Below the pieces are notes generated by a model. That model was not told where the DNA came from. It saw only the letters and a list, made by a program, of their open reading frames with translations, and did no database searches. This document shows positions 48,231 through 59,878 of a stretch of 64,000 nt of DNA, piece after piece (position 1 is the stretch's first letter; every line of letters begins with the position of its first letter). The position numbers were made by a program, and so were the translations under genes. The DNA lies in contig JAKLZA010000356.1 of the NCBI GenBank assembly GCA_030704615.1, positions 1-64,000 of the forward strand, in the 5' to 3' direction. The stretch comes from Takakia lepidozioides (taxonomy: Eukaryota; Plantae; Bryophyta).

Positions 48231-51200
48231 CCTGAAGGGCGTGGCTCTCCTGAGAGAGACCTCAGATCCAGACCGCGGCGGAAGTTGAAAGCTCTGTACT
48301 ACGGACGACGGCCAATCTCTCGCATGGCCAAACTGAAGCTCCAGCAGGAGATTCCAGTGTCTTGCTCACAACCTGCGCCAACTGAAGCCGAGTACTCTCA
48401 GGCAAGCCACTTCTGCTTTCGGTTTGTTCGATTTCTTTTTTGCTTTCGCTTCGTTACCTCGCTTTGTTTCTGCATCTTCATCCTGGCTTTGCTTTATGAG
48501 TGAACTTTAGATAGTTGACTGAACCTTAGATTGTTTGCAATGCGTGTGCAAATCCGGCAGCTCTGGAGAAGGCTGCTTGTGCATGTCATTCTTAGGCAAT
48601 GGTTGCATTTGTTTTCATTGTTGTTGCATGGCTCTCCATACTTCCTAAACTTGTTATGTTTTCATTTTTGCTACATGATTGCTGCTATGGTGGTTGCGCT
48701 GCTGCTTTTTGCACCACTGTTGGTGTTCACGATTTTTGTCAATCACAGAGTGACGACGAGCCCGGCACGCTGGTGGTATCATCGACAGCTCCAACTCATC
48801 GCATGTTTGAATCGCCCAACTTGGGGCGAGAGGGCAAACTTAAATCTTTTGTTGGTGGACGGGAGGACTTGCAACGAGATTACGATAGAGTAGGCATTGG
48901 GGAGGTTGGTGCAGGCGGCATGGCAGGTGAAGGGCGTGAGGACATGAGGACAGCAGATCCGGCAATGGAGGTTGTTCATGCACATGCAGTAGGGCCCGCC
49001 CACGCAAAGAAAAAGAAGAAAGCTAAGCACATGCAATCCCCGGCGAGAGAGCAGTCACGGGCTGCGGAGGGGGGAGTGAGCAGTGCGCGCGAGGGTGTCA
49101 GTTCGCCTCAATCAAAGGTGGTCGTCCTGGAGGGCTCCCCTGTTGCTAGCCCTAGTAAGAAACAGAAAGCCCGTGAGAGGGCAAAAGAGAGGGCAAAAGA
49201 ACAGACGAGACAGAATGCTAGCAAGGAGGAAAGACAAAAGGCAGCTGAAGAGGCCCGGGGTGCCCAAATGACAGATGCCAATGTAAGCGAGGGACACACA
49301 GAGACGGTGGATCCCTACAAGACACCACAGAGAGGCAGTAGCACACCGGTTAGACCATCGCGGGCAAGTGCAGCCCCCGCAATTACCCATACGGTGGAGA
49401 GTGGAGGAGAGGAAAGAACACCTGAAAGAGCACCGATTGTGCAAGTTCGAGGTGAAGCCAGGGAGAGGGCAGTAGAGACGACGAGAGTGCTGGAGGTGGT
49501 TTCGCAGGTGGCTGACCCTGTTGAGGAGGACGACATGGATGTTTCTGACCAGGATGACATTCTCCCGGACATCCCCAGGCCCCAAACCCGGAGCATACAG
49601 GCTGGATTTGGCGGTCTTGGTGGGCTGCCGGAAAACCCCTCTGCAGCAGACGTCATGTCTGAGGCGGATATGAAGTTGGCCGCTGCCAAGATGTTGGAGG
49701 CAACCCACAGCAACATTGGCAGGGTGCTGGGGGCATGGTGTACCCGGCCAAGCTTCGAATTCCCCTTTGCCGCTTGGTGTCATTGCAGGTGGTGAGACCT
49801 GCCCTCCCAGGCGATATCGACAAGCTGAAATTCTCTTTCCGGGATGGATATCGAATGGGGTCTGCCGCCTTTTACGTTTCCATTGAGAACGACCACGGAG
49901 CTTCCCGTGCCCACACTTCCGATGAGGTGGACAAATGGGTCCCCATTGGCAAACGCGAAATGAGGAGTTCGAGAGATCGATTGCTAGTGATCCTCTTTTC
50001 CAGCACATGTCCGGTAAGATGTTCTACGTGTGGGACGGCAATCATCGCCTCCTGGCATGGATGGAGCACATTGCCCAAGCCCACCCCAACGATCTCGATT
50101 GGCATTTCGCCGTCGATTGTGTTGTGCTGAAGGTTGCGGGGCCCAAAGATCGCAGTCTTCTCAAAGCTGCAATGGCCGACATCAACTCGTAAGCTACAAC
50201 CCCTCTCGCTTTTGGACTTTGAATTTGGAAGTCATTTCATTGCGAATCCTCATATATGATGAAAATTCCCATTTCAGTATTGTTTGATGGAAATGTGGCA
50301 CTGCAGGGTGACTGAGAATGCCTTCATTGCCACCAACTTGTCCCATATGCTCTTCCGAGTGAAGGATGTCGGGAGGCAGGGGGTGGAAGAGTTTGCCAAT
50401 TCCCTCAGTGCCGACCTCCTGCGCAAGTCGGAGGCAAAGGCAGACAGAACCTGGTATAGGCTGAGCGTCGACGCCATGGTGGACTACATATTTCGGGTAA
50501 AGCTCCTGCAGTTTTGTTGAGCTAATTTGTCTCTCCTCCCCCAATAGAAGAAATTGTGTTGAGCAGGATCTCTAATCTTATGTGCTGCTTTTCGACAGAC
50601 GAAAATACAGCAGGATTTGGCACATGCGCGGAGGTTCTACATGGAGTCAGAGGAGAAGAATCCAACCCTCCCGGAACTCGAATCGTATGTCAAAGCTGCG
50701 GAGGTGAGGGCCCGCATAAAGTACAAGTCGCGGATGGTAAAGTACGTGGCCATAGCTGATCCCGCCCTTGGTGCCGACTTTCTGGTGGAGGTGGGAAAGC
50801 ACTACTCTCGCGCTCTGAAGCCCACGATGACATTGGAGAAGCTCCATCGTCTAGCCACATCCTGTGTGGATGCAACAGAAAAGGTGATACATTCTTAACC
50901 AAATTGTGGTGGCAACAACTCCTTTTTGTGGTGTTTGGCGCTTACGAATATGCTGGGTGGTTGGACAGACCCGGTGGCTCCAAATCTGGAATGGTTCCCA
51001 AAGTACCAGGGACATGTGGAGCTTCCCCAAACCGGACAAACTCTCTGACCCCACATTCGACATGTGGATGAACCGCATGACATGGTGGTTTCAGGTACTT
51101 CCCCACGCTTCGTTTGGGGCTTGTACTCTAGTAGGGGGTTGATTCATTGTATTTTTTGAGGAAAGCGATCTGATGGACAATCTCCACAGGTGACGACGAA

Positions 51201-54200
51201 TGCGCAAGAGCAGCTGGACACACAAGCACATCAGTTCAAGATGGAGATATCTCCTGCAGCAGAGAGCCTGCGTGACTATGTGACGAGGTACTTTCTGCTC
51301 TACAAAACCAACCTATTCTTTCGGGAGATAGCAGATGCTCGCCGGAGCCACGAGTTCACCGACCAGCCGAACGCGGACAAAGCAGCAATGCGCCTTCTGT
51401 ACAGGTACATACGCGCTGCCTTTCTTTCAAGTCCTGGCATTTCAGGATGTTAGAGGCCTAAGTGGTGTTAGGGAAAATGGCGCCGAATTTCCAGTCAGGG
51501 CTCCGAAAATGGCAAAGTCCCTAGACTGGCTGGCCCGGAACTGGAAATTCGGCGCCATTTTCCAGTTCCAGGCCCTATTGCCGTTCAGGGACTTAGCCAT
51601 TTTCGGGCTAAGTCCCTAGTGTGGCTGGCCCGGAACTGGAAATTCGGCGCCGTTTTCCAGTTCTAGGCCCTATTGCCGTCCAGGGACTTAGCCATTTTCG
51701 GGCTAAGTCCCTAGACTGGCTGGCCATGAAGTGGAAATTCGGCGCCATATTCCAGTTCCAGGCCCTATTGCCGTCCAGGGACTTAGCCATTTTCGGTCTA
51801 AGTCCCTAGGGTGGCTGGCCCGGAACTGGAAATTCGGCGCCGTATTCCAGTTCTAGGCCCTATTGCCGTCCAGGGACTTAGCCATTTTCCGGCTAAGTCC
51901 CTAGACTGGCTGGCCCTGAAGTGGAAATTCGGCGCCATATTCCAGTTCCAGGCCCTATTGCCGTCCAGGGACTTAGCCATTTTAGGTCTAAGTCCCTAGG
52001 GTGGCTGGCCCGGAACTGGAAATTCGGCGCCGTATTCCAGTTCTAGGCCCTATTGCCGTCCAGGGACTTAGCCATTTTCGGGCCAAGTCCCTAGACTGGC
52101 TGGCCCTGAAGTGGAAATTCGGCGCCATATTCCAGTTGTAGGCCCTATTGCCGTTCAGGGAGTTAGCCATTTTCGGACCTCATTGGGTTTTTCATGAATG
52201 CAGGTACTGTAAGTTCTCGCTTTTGGAGAAAGGTCATCTGTCTTTCGAGCCACCATTCTTCCTGGCATGGAGGAACCCTGGGGCTGACTCCATGTACACT
52301 GACGATATTGTGAAGGAGTGGCATCTGGAACATTTGCGTGATTGCCCTTGGTATGTGGACCTTCCGCCCGGCTCGCTCGACCCATCCGAGTTTCAATTGA
52401 AGCTGGATGCTGAATTCCGACGAAACCGGGCTCCGCTGCCTCCGTTGGGTGCAAAAGAGGCAAAAGCGCTTGCGAACTCCAGGAAAGCGGCAGAGCTTGC
52501 TCAGGCAGGAATTCAAGAGAAATTGCATGAGAAGAGTAAAGGTCAAAGGAAAAGGACAAGGAAACAGGTGACTGCAGTAACACCCAAAAAGAAGAAAACC
52601 ATCGGGGCATCGGAGGAGGCGCAGGAGGGGACCCAAGAGAGTGACTCCGACGCCGATTTTGTTCAAGGTCCTGCGACTGCTGTTGCTCCTACCCAGTCAC
52701 CGGTCGTCCGGGTTCCCAAGTCAGTTCGGAGTGGGACTGGCTCTGCCAAGAAGTTGGCATTTGAGGGCGAGCCTACACGGCGGTATTCGGCGGTGACGTT
52801 TACGCACAGGCCAAAGCTAGAACCTCCAACCATCATCCAATGCGTCAATGAGAGCTTCCTTGACGCTCTCGCTGCCAGGGCGAAGAAGGTGGCACACAAC
52901 AAGTCTCTGGCGGAGCAGAAGGGAAAAGCCAAGAAGAGGGCTGCCGGTACAGAGCCTAAAGACACCCCTGGTTTTGAAGCCATGATGGAATTCTTCACGG
53001 CTGTGAGCACGAATTGCAAGAGCACTCGGGGGGGGGTTGAGGTGGAGAGAGCTTGCGACATGATTCTCCTCGACATTCCAGATGGGGAGCTGCTGGAGGG
53101 CCTGGATGGTGTGCCCACCTGGAACAGGTTTACTGAGGACTACTGGAAAGCCGGGTTTGGGCTGGCGGGGATGCTTCTGGATGACGGTGGATGTGTGGTT
53201 GTCCTTGCCACGAGAGGGAAGACCACAGAGAATGCGGTGGCAAGGTGGACACCGAAAAGTGTCACCCCGGTCCTCCTCAGAAAATGGTTCTGCATCAGTA
53301 CGCAGGGGTTGCGAACAGAGGGCCAAAGTGTAAGTTATCAATCTATTGCATTCACTTCATATTGTGGTGTATGTTAAGTAGACCCTGGAATTGATCCCTT
53401 CTTTGTTGGATGTGCAGACATTGGTGTTTGAGGCATATTGCTTTGTGAAGAGAGGGTCTACGTTCAAATTCCGCAACGACGGTCGTCTTGTTGATGCCGC
53501 TGTGGACCCTGTAACCTACGATGTCCTCTACAACTATGTGCCCCACTCTAGTATGCCGAAGGACACAAAGACAGGCAAACCGTGGCGGTACAGCCGGACC
53601 CGAAGCCCTGCTTTCATCCAAACCCTCATGGAGACGTGCTCGGATGTCCAAGGGCGGATTCTGGACCTCACATGCGGCACGGGTAAGCCTTCACGTGCTC
53701 AGTTTGTCCCCTGGCCCCATTGCAATTGCATGCCGCAAGCTATTAACCGCCCGCTTTGTTCCTCAGGTGCTTCAATGTGGGCAGGGACGTTGTCCGACAG
53801 GCATGTGTTCGCCTTCGAGCCAGATACTGCCCTCCACAACTCGGAACTTGCAGCGGCTGAACGTCTGCCGAAAGAGGAAGAGGCATCCTCGGAGGATGAG
53901 GAAAAATCCGAGAAGGAGCAGGGGGAGGAAGTTGGGATCGAGGCCGAGGAGCCCCCGGTTTACGAGTGAGTGGTGGCATTGTAAGTTGCCTCCAGATTTT
54001 GTGAGGCACCTCCCTCCGCTCTCTTATTTCATTGAAAACCCTTTCTGGTTGTGCTGGTATTGACATTCTTCAAGTGGATTTGTTCTTACTGTAGGATGCC
54101 AAGTACTGCCGGAGGGACGTCTACACCGGAGTTCATGGGCAGGAGGAACGTGCCTTTTTTTGCCAGGGGAGATTTCATGCCTAGTCCAGAAAGGGAGTAC

Positions 54201-54554
54201 ATCCTGCCTACTTATGCTGCCCGGCTTGCTTCGGTGTCCATTAGGAGGTGTTCCGAACGTAGTCGTGTACAGCAGATTTTAGACGAGGCAAGCCTCAAGA
54301 AAATGAAGATGAGGGAGGAGGCAGCAGCTATTAGAGCCCGTCGGGCTCGTAGATTTGTGTTGGATTCTGCTGAGGAAAGTGGGGGAGAAGACGCAGAAGA
54401 TTCCCAGGAGGTGAGGTGGACAGTCCCCCAAGGAGAGGACGGGATTTTTGAGAGGCATAGTGGAACTGATGCATCACAGAGCTCGGAGGATGAGGGGGAT
54501 GAGGGGGATGAGGAAGAAGGTGGGGCAAGTTCCTCGGAGGGTGTAGGAGAGTAG
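48231..54554 (+). CDS. Multi-exon MULE cargo gene: ParB-like domain plus beta-class N6A/N4C DNA methyltransferase-like domain and acidic tail (start uncertain; two apparent frameshifts)
   Basis: MFYVWDGNHRLLAW (~50020-50060); CDMILLDIPD (~53055); spliced RSPAFIQTLMETCSDVQGRILDLTCGTG-ASMWAGTLSDRHVFAFEPD (intron 53683-53766); several GT-AG introns. Confidence 0.7.
51470..52170. repeat. Intronic 95-bp (190-bp dimer) tandem repeat carrying GGAAATTCGGCGCC
   Basis: GGCGCC at 51551, 51646, 51741, 51836, 51931, 52026, 52121. Confidence 0.95.
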
Positions 54555-54717
54555 TGCCCATTCCGGCTATGACAGTTAGAACACACTTGTATAGACGTGG
54601 CTTGCCACAAAATTTGCAATAAAATGTTGCATTTTAAGTCCACTGGTGCCACATTCCAACTTCACATGACCCTATTTCCGTGCCTCCTAACCCTATTTCC
54701 GTGGACTCACAATGGTC

Positions 54718-54792
54718 TGCTCATGCTTTTTTTTTTTCCGCTCATGCTCATGCCGCTCATGCTCATGCCGCTCATGCTCATGCCGCTCATGA
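54718..54792. repeat. Right subterminal GCTCATGCTCATGCC tandem repeat
   Basis: Directly visible; same-orientation GCTCATG motifs at 41279-41308. Confidence 0.85.
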
Positions 54793-54805
54793 AATAGCAG
54801 CCCCC

Positions 54806-55579
54806 GATCGAAGGGGTGCTCGGCTCCGAGGGGAATCCCAACCCTTGGATACTTCCGAGGCCTTTTTTCTTTCCAAAGCACGGGCGTATAGAGCCTTCCG
54901 TTTGACGCCATCTTAGCCACCGCTTACAATGGGGAAGGCGGCTGGGGGTATATGGTAATCGTGTCGGGCAAGCTAATTTAGCCCCGACTACACGGTTCCC
55001 CCTGTCGTACGCCCGATGGTCGGAGAGAAGGGATTTGGTTGATCCTCCCTCGAGTTCATCTCGAGCGATCAGAGGACTATGGGCATGCGCAAGCCTCTGC
55101 CGACCTAACCTTCTCGTCGATGACCTTATGCGGTAATCCCTCCCATTCTTCCTTAGAGGTACGAACCTCTTTTTGAAGGTGGGGCATATAAGTTTTCCAA
55201 CTAGGGGTTGAGACTTGACCCTATGTTTGTGAGTGCCTTGAGCGCATGCTTGCCCATAGTGAGCAAGATTTTTGTCGCTAAACAAGGAGAAGCAAACATA
55301 AAAAAGCTTACGGTTGGAGCGAAAAGTGCCTCATTCTTCAATTAGAGAACCTTATCTCGTGAGGGCGGGAGTCCTTGCATAAGACATAATAGTCTTATAG
55401 CATCCCTTTAGGCACGATAGGCGCACTTTGTATGCATTTGTCTTGGTTTCCATTGCATTTGTATTTGGGTCCTAACCGGCCCCCCTTAAAATTTACTGTG
55501 TCTTTTTCCAGTATTTTTTTTTTACTTTTTGTTACCTTTGCAAGCCTTTGTTGACCACCCTAAACCCTAAACCCTAAAC
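54806..55579 (+). mobile_element. Penelope-like element copy 5, right part (3' UTR and CCCTAAA tail)
   Basis: Continues GATCGAAGGGG from the 41250 break. Confidence 0.9.
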
Positions 55580-55796
55580 TTGTGAGGGAGTCCTTGCATA
55601 AGACATAATAGTCTTATTGCATCCCTTTAGGCACGATAGGCGCACTTTGTATGCATTTGTCTTGGTTTCCATTGCATTTGTATTTGGGTCCGAACCGGCC
55701 CCCCTTAATTTTTACTGTGTCTTTTTCCAGTATTTTTCTACTTTTTGTTACCTTTGCAAGCCTTTGCTAACCACCCTAAACCCTAAACTTTTTTCC

Positions 55797-56852
55797 ATGG
55801 CGGAACTAGCAGGTAACAAACGTCCATGTCCTAGCTTAGGCGTCGGCCCTTCTCATGCATCCGCGTCTTCTTCTTCTAGCATGGATATCTCCATTCCTCC
55901 CCCTTTGCTTGCATTTGTGCATACATCGGTCAAGGAATTCAAAAGTCTTAGGCATGAGCATGAAAAGACTTCCAAGTACCTTCAAAAATTGCGAGTGCAA
56001 TTCGAAGAAGGCACCATACCCAACTCCCTTAGAATGAGTCCTCCTAAACTTCAAATAGGAGATCCCGAGGCCCAATCCATCCTTGATGCGAGCCTGGCCG
56101 AATGCACAACCGCATATCGGATCAAGTGCTTTGAAGCACTCATCAAAGCCCAAGAATCTCGACTTGCTAGCTTGACCCACAAGCTCGAGCAATCGAAACC
56201 GGTCTTTGAGACTCGCCTCTCGGATTTGATTTCGCCTTTACGATCCTTAAATTTGATAGGTGACAAGTCTAAGTCTTCCATCGAGTCGTGGCATCTTCAT
56301 CTTAGCAATCTCTTTGTTACTCATGTAGATGCATTTCTCATTCACAAACAACTTTCCGACGTCAGCAAGGCCGCGGCTATCGCCGCTCGCAACGTTGCTC
56401 GGGAAGGTGCTATGGAAGAAGCGGAGACCCTCCCTGTGGAACCGTCCATTGCTACCCTCGTGAAACGCGAGGTGGTCAAGGAAGTACTCAAGGAGGTGAA
56501 GAAGGTGGTGAATTCCATCCAGGTGAAACCTAAGGCCCAGAAGCTTGGGACCAAACCGGCTAGTAAGCCTAAGGCGAATCCTGGCGGAAAGTCGGGAAAC
56601 GGCAAGCAGCAGAAAGGTATCCGGGTCTCCACCCGTTCTGCTGCGTCACCTACCTCTTTCAACAAGAGGTCAGGCCCGAACCGCACAACCGGTTCTGGTA
56701 CGGGAGGCCGAAAACCTTCAGCGAGGGTCAACGGAAAACTGGCCACGACGAAGGGTGCGACGACGACGACGACGACGAAGACGAAGCGGCCATACGTACC
56801 TCCTCACAGACGCGGGGGCGCACGAGGAGTCTCTTCTGGTACCCGCTCGTAG
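55797..56852 (+). CDS. PLE ORF1 (copy 6)
   Basis: ATG at 55797 matches the other copies. Confidence 0.8.
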   Translation: MAELAGNKRPCPSLGVGPSHASASSSSSMDISIPPPLLAFVHTSVKEFKSLRHEHEKTSKYLQKLRVQFEEGTIPNSLRMSPPKLQIGDPEAQSILDASLAECTTAYRIKCFEALIKAQESRLASLTHKLEQSKPVFETRLSDLISPLRSLNLIGDKSKSSIESWHLHLSNLFVTHVDAFLIHKQLSDVSKAAAIAARNVAREGAMEEAETLPVEPSIATLVKREVVKEVLKEVKKVVNSIQVKPKAQKLGTKPASKPKANPGGKSGNGKQQKGIRVSTRSAASPTSFNKRSGPNRTTGSGTGGRKPSARVNGKLATTKGATTTTTTKTKRPYVPPHRRGGARGVSSGTRS

Positions 56853-56869
56853 ACCCGAAGGCTTACGCT

Positions 56870-58708
56870 TTGTTGCTCTTTGCTATGAAGACTCCCTCCC
56901 AAGTGGAATGCAGGGTCACCAACACTGCTATCCACAACTATAGCAAGAGGGTTCTCTCCTTTGCGGAGCGACAACTCCTGGGCCTTGGTCTCAATTACAT
57001 TCCTCGTCCTCTTCCCCCTTCCCGATCTTCAATCATCACCGAATTCAACAATTTTGCTCGAAGCTTGAGGTTGCGAACGTCCTTCTCCGGCAAAGACAAC
57101 GACGAGGTTCCTCTTTGGCGCGTTCCGAATCCATCATTCAATCCGCCAGTGGAATCTCAACCGCTCGAGGCCATCATTCGAGAAGGTAATGATCTTTTGT
57201 CGAGCCGTTTGGATCGAATCGCCCGCAATGCACGACCTTGTCTGCCGAGACACTTGAGACTTGCTCTCAAAAGATTGAGGTCAGATCCGGACCTTGTCAT
57301 CAAGCCGGCCGACAAAAATCTTGGTCTTGTGCTTATGGACAAGTCTTGGCACATGCAAGAGGCGATGCGGCAACTCTCAGACACCGAAGTTTATCGTCCC
57401 GTGGATTCCGTACCGTGGGAAGAACTTTGGTCGAGGTTGGAGGTGCTAGCTTGCCATCCAATCTACAGGTTTGCGATCTCCACCAAAGAATGGAATTACA
57501 TCCGCCAACGCCCTCGGTCGTCCACGGACTTTCGAGCTTGTGCTTTGTACTTCATTCCGAAGGTGCACAAACCCGTGCTTGTTGGAAGACCCATTTGTTC
57601 CTACAACGACTACATCTTCGAGCATGCTTCAATTTGGCTCCATCACCAACTCCTTCCGGTACTTCTCAAGGAACCCACTCATTTGGTTGATTCTCTCACG
57701 CTTCTTCGAGAGGTTTCCCAACTCGAGGTCCCCTCGCATGCTCTTCTTTTTACGTTTGACGTGGAATCTCTATATCCCAGCATCATCACCGAGCTCGGCT
57801 TGTATGAGCTCGAATGTGCTATTGGAGGTAATTTCACCAAACACAAAAAAGACCTGATCATGACCCTCGCTGGATTAGTCTTGAAACACCATTACCTTGA
57901 GTTCAATGGTAGTTTTTGGCACCAAATTCGCGGGACGGCCATGGGGAGCAACTTTGCAGTTGTTTACGCTTGTTTGTTCCTCTGTCGGTTGGAGATGTAC
58001 ATGGAGTACGTGTGCCCATCGGAGCAAGAGCTGCTTTATCTTAAGCGCTATATCGACGACGGCTTTGGCATCTGGGTAGGCTCCGAAAAGAGCCTCCGGT
58101 CCTGGTTACGGAACTACGATTCCATGTTCGATGGCATCAAAATCACGACCGCCATAAGCTCGACGTCCGCCGACATCTTGGATATCACCTTCCTCAAAGG
58201 AGACGACTTCATCCAAACTCGACGGCTCTCTACTAGATGTCATCAAAAGGCCCAGAACAAGTATCAATACTTGCCTTGGTCCTCGTGGCATCCACATCAC
58301 CAAAAGAAAGCTTTCGTCATCGGCGAGCTCCAACGGTATGTAATACGAGAAAGCACCATCCAAGGGTTCAACCATTTGCGACTTTTGTTTTACAAACGTC
58401 TTCGAGCCCGAGGTTATCCGGCGGCGTTCATCCGGAGTTGCTTCACCAAGATCTCCTACGACCTCAGATCCGCTCTACTCGACCAACAGACGCAACGCGC
58501 AGTTGAGGGTAAACGGGCCCCCCTTGTTCTTAAGCTCGACTACTCTTCGTACACTCGAGCCTTGAACTTGGGGGCCACCCTAAACCCTAGACTCCACGAG
58601 TTGCTTCAGCAAGTCCCGGAGCTTCGGTTTCTTCCTCGAGCGATGATTTGTTGGAGGAATCCGCGAAAGCTGAGTTCATTCCTAGTTAAATCTAGAATGA
58701 TAGGATGA
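56870..58708 (+). CDS. PLE reverse transcriptase, intact (copy 6)
   Basis: 612 codons, all RT motifs. Confidence 0.92.
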   Translation: MLLFAMKTPSQVECRVTNTAIHNYSKRVLSFAERQLLGLGLNYIPRPLPPSRSSIITEFNNFARSLRLRTSFSGKDNDEVPLWRVPNPSFNPPVESQPLEAIIREGNDLLSSRLDRIARNARPCLPRHLRLALKRLRSDPDLVIKPADKNLGLVLMDKSWHMQEAMRQLSDTEVYRPVDSVPWEELWSRLEVLACHPIYRFAISTKEWNYIRQRPRSSTDFRACALYFIPKVHKPVLVGRPICSYNDYIFEHASIWLHHQLLPVLLKEPTHLVDSLTLLREVSQLEVPSHALLFTFDVESLYPSIITELGLYELECAIGGNFTKHKKDLIMTLAGLVLKHHYLEFNGSFWHQIRGTAMGSNFAVVYACLFLCRLEMYMEYVCPSEQELLYLKRYIDDGFGIWVGSEKSLRSWLRNYDSMFDGIKITTAISSTSADILDITFLKGDDFIQTRRLSTRCHQKAQNKYQYLPWSSWHPHHQKKAFVIGELQRYVIRESTIQGFNHLRLLFYKRLRARGYPAAFIRSCFTKISYDLRSALLDQQTQRAVEGKRAPLVLKLDYSSYTRALNLGATLNPRLHELLQQVPELRFLPRAMICWRNPRKLSSFLVKSRMIG

Positions 58709-58958
58709 TTTTGTAGTGCAAATGTCCCTAGCATTATTAATTTTGCCTCTTTGATAGCCTTAGTGTTGATGTTAAAGTCAAAGGGTTCCAACAATTAATT
58801 TGGACCATTGACTAATTAATGCAGTCTTGACTTGGAGGCTAAATTAGTGCTTTAGTGGCATTATTATTGCCTTGGGAATTATCCCATATCGTTTGCACAT
58901 AGTGAGGGTGCTTTTCTAGTATATAAGGATAGGCTTGGCTCTTAGGACTTCATCTCTT

Positions 58959-59014
58959 GGCGTTCCACTGATGAGCTTGAGCAATCAAGCGAAACTTGTT
59001 TGGAATAAAACACC
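58959..59014 (+). ncRNA. Hammerhead ribozyme (PLE-6)
   Basis: Same motif. Confidence 0.85.
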
Positions 59015-59820
59015 TTAACTCTTTTTGTGTCTCCACATTTAGAGAAGTCGAGAGTCTAGTCCTTGCCCGCCCGGGCATCTTGGATCGAAGGGGTGCTCGG
59101 CTCCGAGGGGAATCCCAACCCTTGGATACTTCCGAGGCCTTTTTTTTTTCCAAAGCACGGGCGTATAGAGCCTTCCGTTTGACGCCATCTTAGCCACCGC
59201 TTACAATGGGGAAGGCGGCTGGGGGTATATGGTAATCGTGTCGGGCAAGCTAATTTAGCCCCGACTACACGGTTCCCCCTGTCGTACGCCCGATGGTCGG
59301 AGAGAAGGGATTTGGTTGATCCTCCCTCGAGTTCATCTCGAGCGATCAGAGGACTATGGGCATGCGCAAGCCTCTGCCGACCTAACCTTCTCGTCGATGA
59401 CCTTATGCGGTAATCCCTCCCATTCTTCCTTAGAGGTACGAACCTCTTTTTGAAGGTGGGGCATATAAGTTTTCCAACTAGGGGTTGAGACTTGACCCTA
59501 TGTTTGTGAGTGCCTTGAGCGCATGCTTGCCCATAGTGAGCAAGATTTTTGTCGCTAAACAACATAAAAAAGCTTACGGTTGGAGCGAAAAGTGCCTCAT
59601 TCTTCAATTAGAGAACCTTATCTCGTGAGGGCGGGAGTCCTTGCATAAGACATAATAGTCTTATTGCATCCCTTTAGGCACGATAGGCGCACTTTGTATG
59701 CATTTGTCTTGGTTTCCATTGCATTTGTATTTGGGTCCGAACCGGCCCCCCTTAATTTTTACTGTGTCTTTTTCCAGTATTTTTCTACTTTTTGTTACAT
59801 TTGCAAGCCTTTGTTAACCA

Positions 59821-59878
59821 CCCTAAACGCTAAACCCTAAACCCTAAACCCCTAAATCCTAAACCCTTAACCCTAAAC
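59821..59878 (+). repeat. Imperfect (CCCTAAA)8 tract at the junction of PLE array and unique DNA
   Basis: Directly visible. Confidence 0.92.

Larger units (their letters stand above)
41251..54805. mobile_element. Mutator-like (MULE) DNA transposon lacking long TIRs, with two divergent genes
   Basis: PLE sequence stops at 41250 and resumes exactly at 54806; contains a DDE/SWIM transposase. Confidence 0.85.
55582..59878 (+). mobile_element. Penelope-like element copy 6, full length and apparently intact
   Basis: Short pseudo-LTR, ORF1, slippery site 56594-56600, RT, hammerhead, telomeric tail. Confidence 0.92.
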
